A DNA stretch of 62,985 nucleotides, the filler included, from Collodictyon triciliatum (Eukaryota): the NCBI GenBank assembly GCA_043381765.1. It is 6 parts of 6 records of this genome, joined end to end, with 100 filler letters (N's around TTAATTAATTAA, not from the genome) between each part and the next. Parts side by side here need not be neighbours in the genome. Positions count along the whole stretch, not along the records: positions 1 to 12,065 come from JBHJMP010002249.1; positions 12,166 to 24,225 come from JBHJMP010002250.1; 4 more parts are not named here. One strand, given 5' to 3'. The notes under the pieces are model-generated. The model was not told the DNA's origin. It worked only from the letters and a program-made list of their open reading frames with translations, and did no database searches. The translations under genes and the position numbers were made by a program. The first letter of the stretch is position 1. Each line of letters begins with the position of its first letter. Positions 1 through 17,500 of the stretch are shown here, in pieces.

Positions 1-170
1 AAACAATAACAAAAAACAAAAAAACAAAAAACAAAAAAACAAAAAACAAAAAAACAAAAAAAACAAAAAACAAAACAAAAAACAAAAAAAATAAGAAACA
101 AAACAAAAAACAAAAACAAAAACAAAAAACAAAAAACAAAAACAAAAACAAAAAACAAAAAACGAAAAAC
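1..170. repeat. (CAAAAA)n-like low-complexity tract
   Basis: Directly visible; ends just before a CTGCAG acceptor. Confidence 0.9.
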
Positions 171-180
171 ATCCTGCAGA

Positions 181-3100
181 ATGCAAACAAACCCAACGGA
201 CCTCACTGCTTGCGGAATCCCCGAGCGCCTTGTGATCGGCGTCGACAAGACCACGGAAAGCGAAACCCGAGTCTACACCGAATGCACACTCAACTTCGGC
301 ACACGACCACGCGTGGTTGTGAAGCAGTATAATTACAACGCACTGTTTGACGTGGCCGTAGACATTGCCGCTGTCCAAAAGGACCTGACGCAGCTGATTC
401 TGCTGGAGCCGCACGCCAATCTCGGCCGCTATATGGGCTTCTTTCGCACAACCAAGCACATCTACTTTGTGCGCGAGTATGTGGACGGCATCCCTTTCAC
501 AGACGCCATCCCGAGCAACCGCTTCGATCCTCCTCTGCAAATCAGACTTTCTCTCCAGATTGCCCGCGCGGTCGACTATCTGCGCAAGGAGCTTGGCACA
601 ATCTTCCCCGAGGCTTCCTTTTGTGACGAGCCTATTGAAGCACACAACATCATCTTCGTGCCCAATACCGAGTGTGCGGTTCTTGTGGATTATCAACTCG
701 TCCCGCTGCGCGATTCAGTCCGCCGTAAATGGGACTCGCTCAACAGAGCAACAATCGGGCTGCCCATGTATCCGGCAGAGTATTTCCGCCTAGGCCATTA
801 TGTCCCGGAGAAGAGTGTCATGTTCTGCGTCGCCCTCGTGTCTTACATGATGGCCTCTTCAAACATTCCGAAAATCCGCCGCTTCAAACCGCCCACAAAG
901 TTCTCTGAGTCTGATGCCTACTGGATTCGTATAAAAAAGAACTTGGCCGATGATCCTGCCAACCGCGACAATCTGGCTGACTGGATTAAATTTCTGGAGC
1001 AGCTCTACCAGGTGTGTTCTTGTATACTTGTCAATATCTTCCTGTCTTTATTTTTCGGTAAAGGATGCTATTCATTCATTTGAATGGAATCGTTTCACCG
1101 GCTCTCTGTGCTGAATGGGCCTTTAAGCCCATCCTATCTTGTTATCAGGAAGCAAACAAAGAATTGTGCATTCTGACAATATCCCATTAGGAGCGAATGC
1201 CCTCATACGTAAGAGAAACGGACATGCAGAATATGCAATTGTCTTGTGCCGTGAGAAGCAGTCTTCATGATATTGTGGTAAGCTTCAAATATCAATCGCC
1301 CCTAGGCTCAATTTGTAGAAGCATGTTCTATATATATATGAGTTCCTTGAGTATCTCTAATTTTAATTATGTTATTTTGCAACCAAAAAATAAAATAAAA
1401 TAATTAACGCCTCAAAACAGAAAGAGAATTCAGAGCCGGGTATGGTATTTTCATTAAGATAAATTAATTTACTCAAATCATAATATCATTGGTGTGGCTC
1501 CTTTTTTTTTTTTTCTGGGTCTGTCAATTTCCAACTACTCGTTATATGCTTCCATAAACCTTCTTTCTTATAACGTTTCCCTCACATTTCGCTCCAACAG
1601 AATTCAAGAGAAAGTAAGTTCATTCTCATCACCCAATCCGTTTTGTTATTGTAATGCAAATTAATCATACAAAACTCGGCCTTAAGCGATTTAGAAGAAC
1701 TAGTAACGAATTATTCGATTTACTTCAGGTACTTCATACTGAACCCAAAGGTCGACCTTGGTGGTCTTATGTCCTTGGGCCCACATTTTAGTCCAGAGGA
1801 AAATCTTTTGAAAGCCACTCGACTGAGCATTTCAGGCAGGAGAATCCACACTCTTCCCAACGAACTCTCATTCTTGAAGGTCCTTGATGGGCTAGACCTT
1901 AGCAAAAACGAGGTATCCATGCTAAAGCTTCAAATTCTTTTCTTTCCTACCTTGTTTCTTACGATGAACACTGAGATATTTGTTTGAATATCTCTCCTTT
2001 TTCAATTGTGTTATTCCTAAATCTGAATTTTTGTGCTAATAACTTTATACAAAAACTCTGATGCACCAGTTTACCAGAATTCCGGATAGTCTTAAGGAGC
2101 ATAGTGCCTTGAAAGTATTGAACATGTCTAGTAATAAGGTTTCCTTTTTTTTTCTATCTATATATCATCTATCTTTTTATGAAATATCTTATGTATGCTT
2201 TGATATTATGTTCACGAAATAAAAACAACAGTCAAGTGGATGCTATTCCGCCAAGCGAGGCTGTGAACCATCATTTAAAAAACCCAACGGTGTCACCATG
2301 CACTAAACCTATTCCTTGAATATTAACAACAAACCAGATTCACGCAATGTATGCCTTATGTGTTCAGTCAATATCCTCTGTTACGAAACTAGACCTGTCA
2401 AACAATAAGGTGTCATTCTATTTTATCTTCTAACCTGCTGTATATTTTTGGGCTATCCTTTCCAACCAACAAAAAAAAAATATTGCTACGTGAACTTATA
2501 TGTATGAATAGCCATTCACTTAAGATAAAAAACCAATTTTAGATTTCGACGCTACCAGCCGATATTTCTTCATTGTCTACCCTGAGAGATTGGACTCTCG
2601 CAGGGAACCAGGTAGGTCTTGTATTTAAGCATTCCGTCGCGTTGTCATTTGCATAGCGCTTCCCTTTGTGCTGAGATGCTATTCTGCAGATCAAAGATAT
2701 TCCACCTGGAATCTCGAAAATCACAAACCTACGTAGATTGGATGTATCCCGCAACTTCGTGAGTCTCGTTTTTTTTTCTTTGAATACCGGTTTAGTGAAA
2801 GCTTGCACCCAATTTTCCTTTCTTTCCTTTTTTTATTTAACTCACTTGTATTTTTAATTCCCCTCAAAGTTAACACATAATTATGTTAGATATCTAGCCT
2901 ACCAGTTGAAATCTTCCAGTTGACCTTGCTTGAATGCCTCCTGATTCAAAATAATCCTGTGTGTGTTAGCATGCCCGTTTTGTTGAATTGTTTAGATATT
3001 TCACAATACTCTGAATTTTCGCTTGTTTGCTTACACTTGTAACGCAGGAATCATCGCCATAATTGTTTTTAGATTGATCTCATTCCAAGTGAAGTCCAGT

Positions 3101-6100
3101 TTCTTGGAAGGCTTCGAGATTTGACAGTATCCGAGAGTGGTCGCCCTTCCCCACTCTTGATACATAAAAATGTAAGGAAACTGCCTTGCTGGGAAACGCT
3201 GAAGTTCTCATATGACCCACAGGCTACTGGCGTTCTTAATGGACGCATATCATTCATTTTATTTGATAAGGTGACTTTATGTTACATCACAGTTTTACGA
3301 TCTGTGCAAACGAGAACCAAAACCTTTCTATGAAAGCTATGTGAACGTTGTAAATCACCCTCCTTATCATTTATTCTCGCCAAATTGCCTTTTCGTTTCG
3401 TGGTAGGTGTTGAAATCTAGACTGAAGCTGGAGCAAATTGGTTTGACTGCTTTCAACTTCACATCCCTCGCTGCATCTTATACTTGTTCTCTATATATCG
3501 AACACTTGTATTCTATCTAATGCTGACGTTCGAATCTGTATAGCGTTGAAGCTTGAGTACGAGCGAGGGGATATCGTCGACGTTTTTCTTGACGATCAAG
3601 ACGAGTAAGATAAATATTATCTATTCTTGATGTCAACTTCTAACTTTTTTTAAAAAAAAGACTATGGTGTGCTATTAAACTGCTTTTTTCCTTTTATCTT
3701 TTCATTTGTATTCAGATGCTCGACCGTGTTTCATCATTGATAATGCCGCTTTAACATAAACTATTCCTTTTTTTTTTATACTGTTTCTATACATGTCGGT
3801 TGTCTCACAACATTTATCACAAAAATTAGAACATCGGCTGTGATTCTAATAAAACAAAGTTTTGTAAGAGTTGCTCGGTCGTCTCTCTCGCTGATTCCTG
3901 TCGAACTTGAAAAAGAGGAAATTAAGTGTAAGCAAACAACCACCCCAATAATGGAAAAAAAAAACAGTTATTTTAAAATTAACTTTCTATGTCATCTTCG
4001 TACCTCTTTAGCTCACTTGACCGAAGATTTCTGACAAATATTCCTCTTTTATTTCTATTTCTATCGCATAAATAAGGTTGGAATCTCTACAAACAAAAGC
4101 GGCTGCAAAGCTCCGAGAAATTCCCTTCAAATACAAATACTGGCCCACCAAGTAGTTTTTCAGTTAGCGGCGGACCGTCTCTAACAGCAACTGTCGCTCA
4201 TCAAATGCCCATCGGTGACAATTAAATTGCATCATATTATTCATTACCATGAATGATATCACACTGTTGATTTATGATGTCTGATTCAAATATTTGATTT
4301 GAATGTAAACATTACTCTGAAGAGAAAAAACTCCGTTTTTCTATAGACTTGGAATGGATTCAGAGAAGAGTCCAGGAGGGAGCCGTTTCGGAGTTTTCTA
4401 AACCGTCTGAAACCGTTCGAGAGCCCGTAAAATTTCTTATCGATTGTTTAATGTCCCGAATTACTTATTTAATCAAACTATAAACGCATCATCTTATTTG
4501 GCTTCTTTACTTGTTGAAATGTATTGCTGGAAATATTTAAGGGGTCTTTCTTTTTCTTTTTTTTTTTTTTGAGAAATATTTGTGCGGTTTACTCTTCTTT
4601 TTCTTTATGGCGATTTCCCCGATATACAATCACTGCTTTGCTCAAATCATGCACTTAAATCTAGCTACAAGGTGGTGAGGTTTTGAGTCTGCTCGCTTGC
4701 TTTCGTGGAGTGTTCTGTGGACTCTGCATGGACGTTCTCAAAGATCCGATGGCTTTGCCATGTGGTCATTCGTTTTGCTTTTCGTGCATCGAGACCAGTA
4801 TGAATCAAAATGATGACGGCATCCTATTATGCCCTTATTGTCGCAAAAACATTATCACCAGCGACACAGTAGTAGAAAACTTTGAGAGGCGTCCGGTAGA
4901 CCAACGCTTGTTGGATGTCATATTATCTGTTGCCACGACTGTTCCGGATGACAAATACCCATTTTCATGTCAGAGCTGTGGATGTCCCAAAGCCGCCGAG
5001 TTTTATGGCTCCGATAAGTTGCTTAAGTGTAGTAGTCACAAAGTTTTAGAGAGCGAAGAAAGCTCATTTACCATTCTCTCTGGCCCTCCTGCGACGTAAG
5101 GCTTTTTTTCTTTAAAGCTTTAAACATCAGCAACGCCATTTAGCTCGTCCAATCAATTTTATTCATTTCCTTTTCCTTTTCCTTTTCCTTTTCCTTTTCC
5201 TTTTCCTTTTCCTTTTCCTTTTCCTTTTCCTTTTCCTTTTCCTTTTCCTTTTCCTTTTCCTTTTCCTTCATTCAGTTACATGCAAGTAAATTCATATAGC
5301 CTCGCTCATTTTCATTATTTCTTCTCATGCATACAATCCTTTTTTTCTCTCCCATTCCTCTTTCAAAAGAAAAGTGATCTCTTCTTGGAGCAAATTTAAT
5401 TCATCTCACAGCAGTGGCTTTTCTATGCAGGCCATTTCTTCTTCGCGACCAGAAACTTGCTGATTCTGCACCGAATATGGAGTGCCCAGTCCACAAAAAG
5501 AGCATCGTCAAATTCATTTGCCTTAAATCTCCAGAAAATCCTTTCAAATGTGACCTATGCTTTTGCCCAAACGACGCAGACCACCGAGGACCTGTCCACA
5601 TCCACGGAAATGAAAACATCATTCGCCACATCAAGGAAAAAATGCTACCGAGGCTCAAGCAGAAAAAGGATGAAGTTTACGTAATGAAGGAAAACATAGA
5701 TGCACAAATGAAAAAGGTATTTATGTACTTATTACTCCAGATTATTTTTTTTTTTGTATTTCCGCACGCCAGGTCTTAATGTGTTGAGCTGTAGTATTTC
5801 TTTCCTTTTTCTTCTTCTTCTTCTCTGCTGTCTTTAATACAATAACCAGTATTTCAAAATTCGTCATAAATCGACACATATTTGTATGATGTGGAGAATA
5901 TTGTAGAGATACGAAGAAGTCGATCATGATTTTTTATATTCTAAAAAGAAAAAGACTTATGAAAAAAGAAAAAGAAAAAACGTGACATACTAGAGAATAA
6001 ATCATACATATTGTTCTGCCCAAACAGAGCCAAAACGACCATTATGAATCCTCTGGAGCCATTCGAAGACAGTTTGAAGAGCTGGAGAATAAACTCCGGG

Positions 6101-7608
6101 CTGCCAAGGAGACGATCGAGACAGACGTAAAATATATATATTCCTTTTCGTCTTTTAAACAACAGAATACCGATTTAAGGAACTATGATACGCATACACC
6201 CATTGCTCATCATGAACTGCATACGATAGTGTCGACATCCTCACAAGAAATAGAAATTAAAAAAATCATAAAGAGAAAAAGCAAGAAATCCAAGCATAAC
6301 TGTATATGAACATAATCACATAAACAACAAGCAACACCTGAAAACAACAACGGACGCTGTCATAATTAACGCATTCCAACATCCCACCAGATGAAACGCT
6401 CAAGCGAGCTACTGGTGAAGCCGTTGAAGATCAAGCACGACGAGCTGCATCTGGAGCTGAAGCGCCTGGAAGTTGCCGAGAGTCTCATCGATTCGCTGAC
6501 AAACACACCTGCAGAGCGCTTCATGTTTGCCGACCTGAAGCACGTGTACGAGTACGTGCAGAGCAACCTGGCATCGCACCCGCGAGTCTCTGTGCCGGAG
6601 CCCTGCCAAGTGGTTCTGAGCCTGTCGCACAACCTGCTGGACGAGCTGGAGAAGCTCAAGGACTTTCTCTGCGGTGTCGTCCCCGAAAACCGGTGGCGTG
6701 TGGACAAGGAGGGCGGCACAAAGGGCGATTGGCAGCCGCCGCAGAGGGCCTTGACACCCTTCAACCTGGCCCAGGCAAGGCCCGTGCACGCAATGCAGAG
6801 AGAATACCCGCGGGCAGGCGCCCGAGCCGCAAACATGCTTCGCCGGCCGAGCGACATCCGCGTGCATCCGCTGACACATGAGATCTACGTGGCGGACGAG
6901 GAGGCGCAGCAGCTGCTTGTCTTCGACCGCGACCTGACGCTGCTGGCCACGCACGCAACCGGGCTGGGCCTGCAGAGGGCGCATCACGGGCCGAGGGGCC
7001 TGGCCATCTCCCGGGGCGGGCAGCACCTGGCCGTGGCCGACTACGGCGGCAACTGCGTCAAGATCTACAACGCAGACATGGTTCTGACGCACCGGATCGG
7101 AGGGCCGTTTGGGAGCCGCGCCGCCAGACTCTGCCGCCCGTACGCGCTGGACTACGACCACCTCGAGAACCTCTATGTGGCCGACTCCGGAAACCAGCGG
7201 GTGGTGCAGTTCAGCAAGAAGGGCGCGTTTGTGCGCACGATTGGGGAGCCGCACAGCCTGAATCTGGAGCCGCACGAACTGGCCATCGGCGTGGCCGTCA
7301 CGGAGGCCGGAGACGTCCTTGTGCTCTACGCGGGGTCGGGCCGCGTCGGCGTCTTTGGCTCGGACGGCGCGTGGAGGCGCTTCATCCCCGTCGTGCCGAC
7401 CAGCAGGGACGGCCGCTCGTCCATCTTCTGCAAGGCGGGCGGGCTCTTTGGCATCTGCGAACACAGCATCGGCTTTGTCGTGCTCTATGACATGGACGGC
7501 TCCGTCCACGCCGCACTCCCGCTGGAGGGCTGCATTGCCGCCTGCTTTGCGCCCGACGGTGTGCTCTATGTTGCAAACTCGCAGACAAGGTCGGTTGCTG
7601 CTGTCTGA
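181..7608 (+). CDS. Multi-exon pseudokinase-LRR-RING-B-box-coiled-coil-NHL protein (TRIM-NHL-like with long N-terminal extension), ~1,379 aa from ATG 181; 5' end may lie upstream
   Basis: Phase-consistent GT-AG exon chain: 181-1011, 1191-1277, 1601-1613, 1695-1912, 2070-2138, 2338-2409, 2543-2611, 2690-2758, 2890-2958, 3073-3270, 3407-3440, 3544-3604, 3830-3927, 4077-4214, 4347-4426, 4665-5095, 5431-5716, 6028-6126, 6391-7608. Kinase-fold motifs (VVVK, HANL..Y.G, FVREYVDG, LQIARAVDYL). LRRs (ISTLPADISSLSTLRDWTLAGNQ). C3HC4 RING (CGLC..PCGHSFCFSC..CPYC). B-box (CPVH..C..CDLC..H..H). NHL repeats (PRGLAIS, PYALDYD..LYVADSGNQRVVQF). CTGCAG acceptor at 178-179 suggests exon 1 could be internal. 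Confidence 0.75.
5168..5268. repeat. (TTTTCC)n intronic microsatellite
   Basis: Perfect hexamer run inside intron 5096-5430. Confidence 0.95.
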
Positions 7609-7673
7609 GCGCAGAAGCATTAAAGCAAGGTGACCATGATGATGATGATGATGATGAAAAGTGGCGCATATTA

Positions 7674-9410
7674 TTTTTTTTCTGGTTTCTTTTCTACTAA
7701 TAGTTTATTGAGAGAAAGCAAAGCCGAGGAAACCGCCTTTTGCCTCTAGGACAAGAAATGAGCTGTGGACTAGAAAGCGGAAAAACCAGATTGTGAGGTC
7801 GGAGTTTTTGTGTCTTGGGAGAAAGAAATATATAGAAAGGAGAGAAAGTATTCTCACACGCAGACTATTCTACCCGAGGTGATCAATTCCAACGCGATTT
7901 CTGGTTGTATTCGAGACTGACAGAAGAGCGGATAAAGTTGTCGGGTCGATGAAAGTACGCACATGGCAGTAACTTCTAAAATCGATTTCGACGAGTCCAT
8001 TCAACCATCTATCTCAGACAAAGTTTACATCCTATTTCATTCCACAGGATGAGTCTTTTGAGAGAGACATCGGGTCACTTTCCTTGCATTTCTTGCTGGG
8101 CGACTCTGACAAAAAGTGATACATCGTTGTTTGTCTGGTATTATCGGAAGTGGCGCTTGACCGTCCCCTGGTTTCGGAACCATGCGTAGCCGGCAGTGGA
8201 CTTTGCTTAACCGGAGTATGGATACGCGTTTGTGGTTTTAGAAACATACGCTCCTGCTTGCTCGGACTGTCTTTGGTTTGTGAAGTTCCAAGCTTGGATT
8301 CGACTTGTGCTGTTTGCTCTTGCTCCTTGGTTCTCGGTGCGACGGGCTGGGGCAGGGTAAACGGACTATCTTTGGTGGGCGCTGATTCTTGTGTTGGCTT
8401 CTCTTTGGAGTATCCTTTCGGATAAGTAACGAAGACTGCCTTGAGGCCTCTAATGTTAACCAAATTCACGTCAGTCTGAATGGGTAGTTTTAGGAGGGAT
8501 TTCTTTCGGGTTTTGGAGATGCACTGCTCTTGGGTCTTGCGATGTGCGACTTGTCCGGTGTTGGCGGTGGAGGGCTCGAGTGCGAGGATTCTGAAGAGGA
8601 ACCGTGATTTCCTTCCATCTCATCGTCGCTGTCGCTGTATGCGCGTATCTGCTGTTATTCTTGCGGACTCTATTGTTGACTGGCCTTGACTATCTTGAAT
8701 CCGTTGCTGCTTATCTGCTTGGTGGGTGTATTCTTTTTGCGGAGTTTTACTTGTCGTTCGCTGTTTGCGGCTGGTGGACGCTCTTTGAGGATGCGCTTTG
8801 GAAACTTTTTGCCCATGACCGTAAACTTTGCAGGGAGCTGGTTCTTGTGATAAAGAAGCTTCACCACGGCCGTGTCTGTGAAGGAGCCTTCGTCTTTTTT
8901 TATCTCCACGTGGGTCGGTCTGAACGGTTTCAGCTCCTCACGAATAAGTTGCGGCCACACGTCCAGCGGTAGTTGGTAGAGAATCATCAATTTTTATGTT
9001 GGTTTACTTTTGCTGAAGCTGATTGTAATATCGATCAAACTTACCTGCTTCAGCTTCAGAAGCTTTCGGGCGTTTTCTGCAATGCAGAAGGCAATCAGAC
9101 AAAAGCCTTCGCTGTCTGGTAAGCGCAATTGTATGGATTCTTCCCAAAGTTTGTTCGCTTTCAAGGAGGAGGCGAGCACATCTGTGAGCCTGCGGGCCTT
9201 GTTCTTATTGTTAACGATTTCCTCGACCCCGTGCAAAAATACTGTCCGATCAGACAGATTTGCAGGCGGCTTCCTTGCACGAGTCTTCCTAGACTTACGT
9301 GCAACTCGGGGGTTTTCCGCACCAGCGTTGGAACCAGAAGAACTGGCTGTGATGTGCGAAGCTTTGACAGGTCTCGGCTTGCTTCATCCAACTGACGCGG
9401 GCGGAGGCAT
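7674..9410 (-). mobile_element. Decayed non-LTR retrotransposon ORF1 (two-RRM gag-like) relic without a visible ORF2
   Basis: Intronless minus-strand frame from ATG 9410 reads through in-frame stops at 9386-9384 (TGA) and 8996-8994 (TAA). RRM-like motifs RTVFLHGV / GFCLIAF and LMILYQLPLDVWPQLIREELKPF..AVVKL..LPAKFTVMG. A frameshifted low-complexity tail follows. Minus-strand AATAAA (7709-7704) precedes an A8 run (7681-7674). No TSD identified. Confidence 0.55.
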
Positions 9411-10538
9411 GCAACATAGCCGATTTATCGGGCTTCCTCATGACAGAAGAGACTGGATAGATTTTGAAAACGAATATATCTGGAAATTAATTTTGTCGAT
9501 TTTTTAAATCAGCACATTAAGACGATTCGATATCTATATGCATAGTTATCAGTATAGTTTACTCTGCAAAGTAATATTCAGAATTCTGATGCCAGAATTG
9601 AATCTCATTCTTCACCCCTGTCACCAATCAAGCTTGGGACTGCGAGTATGTTGCCATTTGCGGTGGTCCTACCCCATCCTCGGGTTGACATGTTGGCCAC
9701 AAGAAGCCCAGAACATACATGTAAGAGAACCGAAAATGTTGGAAAACATTGTATAATCTACTCGCACTCTCTAAGGTCCAGTTTCTGCCTTCGGAACAAG
9801 TGACAAAATAATGGTCGGCCATTGGCTATGATAACTAACCATAATGCTTCGATATTAAGCCAGTTGCTATGCCGACTCGATAGTTAGTTTGCGCGATAGC
9901 CAAGTCTCATCCCAAGATGCCCTCCATCTAAAACTTTATATTCAAAATGCAGCAACTTGGGTTCACGAGAGAGCTGGCCATAAAGTATGAATACAATGTT
10001 CAGATTTAAATAGATGTTTGGTTGGCTGAATGAAGTTCGGATTATAAAAACACGAAGTTGAGATGGGTTCGTGCATTCTTGGTTTTCATGCCCGGTAAAT
10101 GCAGGTTAGAAAATTTCCAATTGCATGAAATGTGGACAGGTATCCATGAAGAAAAAAAAACAAACACACGACCGCGCCAGGTGTAGGATATGTCTAAAAT
10201 TCTAGCAGACCTGTGTCTGCTTCGATGAAGAAATAAGAGACCGAATTCACACAAAGGCGCGTGAGCCGGTGTACTTTATAATTTTTTTCTCTACAAAAGC
10301 CCCAGTAGCTAAGAATTTTCGTACAGCAGGCAATGAAGGCTTTATTTTATTGAGCATTTGAAGGGTTAAGAGTATGTAATTTTCTTGACGGGGAGTCATC
10401 AATAAAGTTGCTATGAGACCATTAAATGTCCTATAAGTTTGAAAAAATGCAATAATTATAGTTATTTAAACTAAAACTAATTGCTACATAAACTAAAAAA
10501 AAAAAAAAGAAAGAATATTAAAACAAATATTCAGAATT

Positions 10539-11910
<1,372 letters not shown>

Positions 11911-11967
11911 GTATGCTTCGCACCAAGGCGCTACATCGTTGATTCTTCTATCATATCATAAGAGTCC

Positions 11968-12065
<98 letters not shown>

Positions 12066-12165
12066 NNNNNNNNNNNNNNNNNNNNNNNNNNNNNNNNNNN
12101 NNNNNNNNNTTAATTAATTAANNNNNNNNNNNNNNNNNNNNNNNNNNNNNNNNNNNNNNNNNNNN
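12066..12165. other. Artificial scaffold spacer (N44-TTAATTAATTAA-N44)
   Basis: Palindromic six-frame-stop linker at 12110-12121 within Ns. Confidence 0.97.
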
Positions 12166-12646
12166 TCTTTCTCTTTTCTTTCTCTTTTCTTTCTCTTTTC
12201 TTTCTCTTTTCTTTCTCTTTTCTTTCTCTTTTCTTTCTCTTTTCTTTCTCTTTTCTTTCTCTTTCTTTTTCTTTCTTTTTCTTTCTTTTACTTCCATTCC
12301 TTTTTCTTTCTTTTTTCTTCCATTCCTTTTTCTTTCTTTTTTCTTTCTTTTTTCTTTCTTTTTTCTTTCTTTTTTCTTTCTTTTTTCTTTTTCTTTTTTC
12401 TTTCTTTTTCTTTCTTTTTCTTTCTTTTTCTTTCTTTTCTTTCTTTTTCTTCATTTTCTTTTTCTTTTCTTCATTTTTCTTCTTTTCTTTCTCTTTTCTT
12501 TCTCTTTTCTCTTTTCTTTCTTTTTTCTTTATTCTTTATTCTTTATTCTTTATTCTTTATTCTTTATTCTTTATTCTTTATTCTTTTCTTTCTTTTCTCT
12601 TCACGTTTTCCCTTTCGGTTTTAATTGCAAAACAGTTTGTGCGACT

Positions 12647-16965
<4,319 letters not shown>

Positions 16966-17500
16966 TATGGCCAAACGGCTTCGGGTTTCTTGGGGCTCTA
17001 TCGCTTTGCAGGTGTTCAAACGCATCCGTGCGAATGAGACCGTTTCTGTGGAGAGAGGATAGAACCTAATACAAACTAACAATCAACCATGCTAAAATAT
17101 TCATCTGCAAATGCATCGTGTGTATGAGAAACGAGAGAAAATGTATTCTTTTAAAAAAATAGATGGAAAAGTAGGCAATGTCCTTATTTTTCATTCGGGG
17201 TTAGTTTGGTAGAATGGTCATTAAACGTGGTTGCCGCTGGTATAAGATAAAAATGAAACTGTCTAATCATAAATTTGGAATTCTAATCCGTCAGAATAAA
17301 AGGTTTACGAGTGTATATTTTTTTCTCCGACGATAGGAAGACATGGGAAAGAAAATTAAGGTATTGATATGGTACAATTATGAAAGAAGAAGCCAAATAG
17401 GACCGGTGTTGAAGAGAACATGTGCAAAGAAGGTGGGAAAACAAACAGGATTGAGCATAAGAGAGGTAAAGAGAGTTGATTAAGATGAATTATCAATGGG

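Noticed and set aside
3544-3604. SH3- or PB1-like motif (LEYERGDIVDV) in the fusion gene linker
   Set aside because: Flanking conserved elements of either domain are not evident.
6409-7620. 403-aa antisense ORF over the NHL exon
   Set aside because: In codon register with a GC3-rich sense exon, which suppresses antisense stops; no recognisable motifs.
7700-8030. Possible APE endonuclease or F-box remnant after the ORF1-like frame
   Set aside because: Only weak partial motifs (DVNFV, GIDHL) with stops; not supportable without an HMM search.
8994-9386. Stop-codon reassignment or readthrough to explain the in-frame TGA/TAA
   Set aside because: Conserved genes here end in TAA, TAG and TGA and have no internal stops; nearby frameshifts point to pseudogenisation.
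9520-10330. Moderately complex sequence that may be a decayed gene or element
   Set aside because: No consistent exon chain or recognisable motif found on either strand.
12110-12121. Recurring palindrome TTAATTAATTAA as a biological repeat or CRISPR-like element
   Set aside because: Always centred in exactly 44+44 Ns; a six-frame-stop assembly linker.
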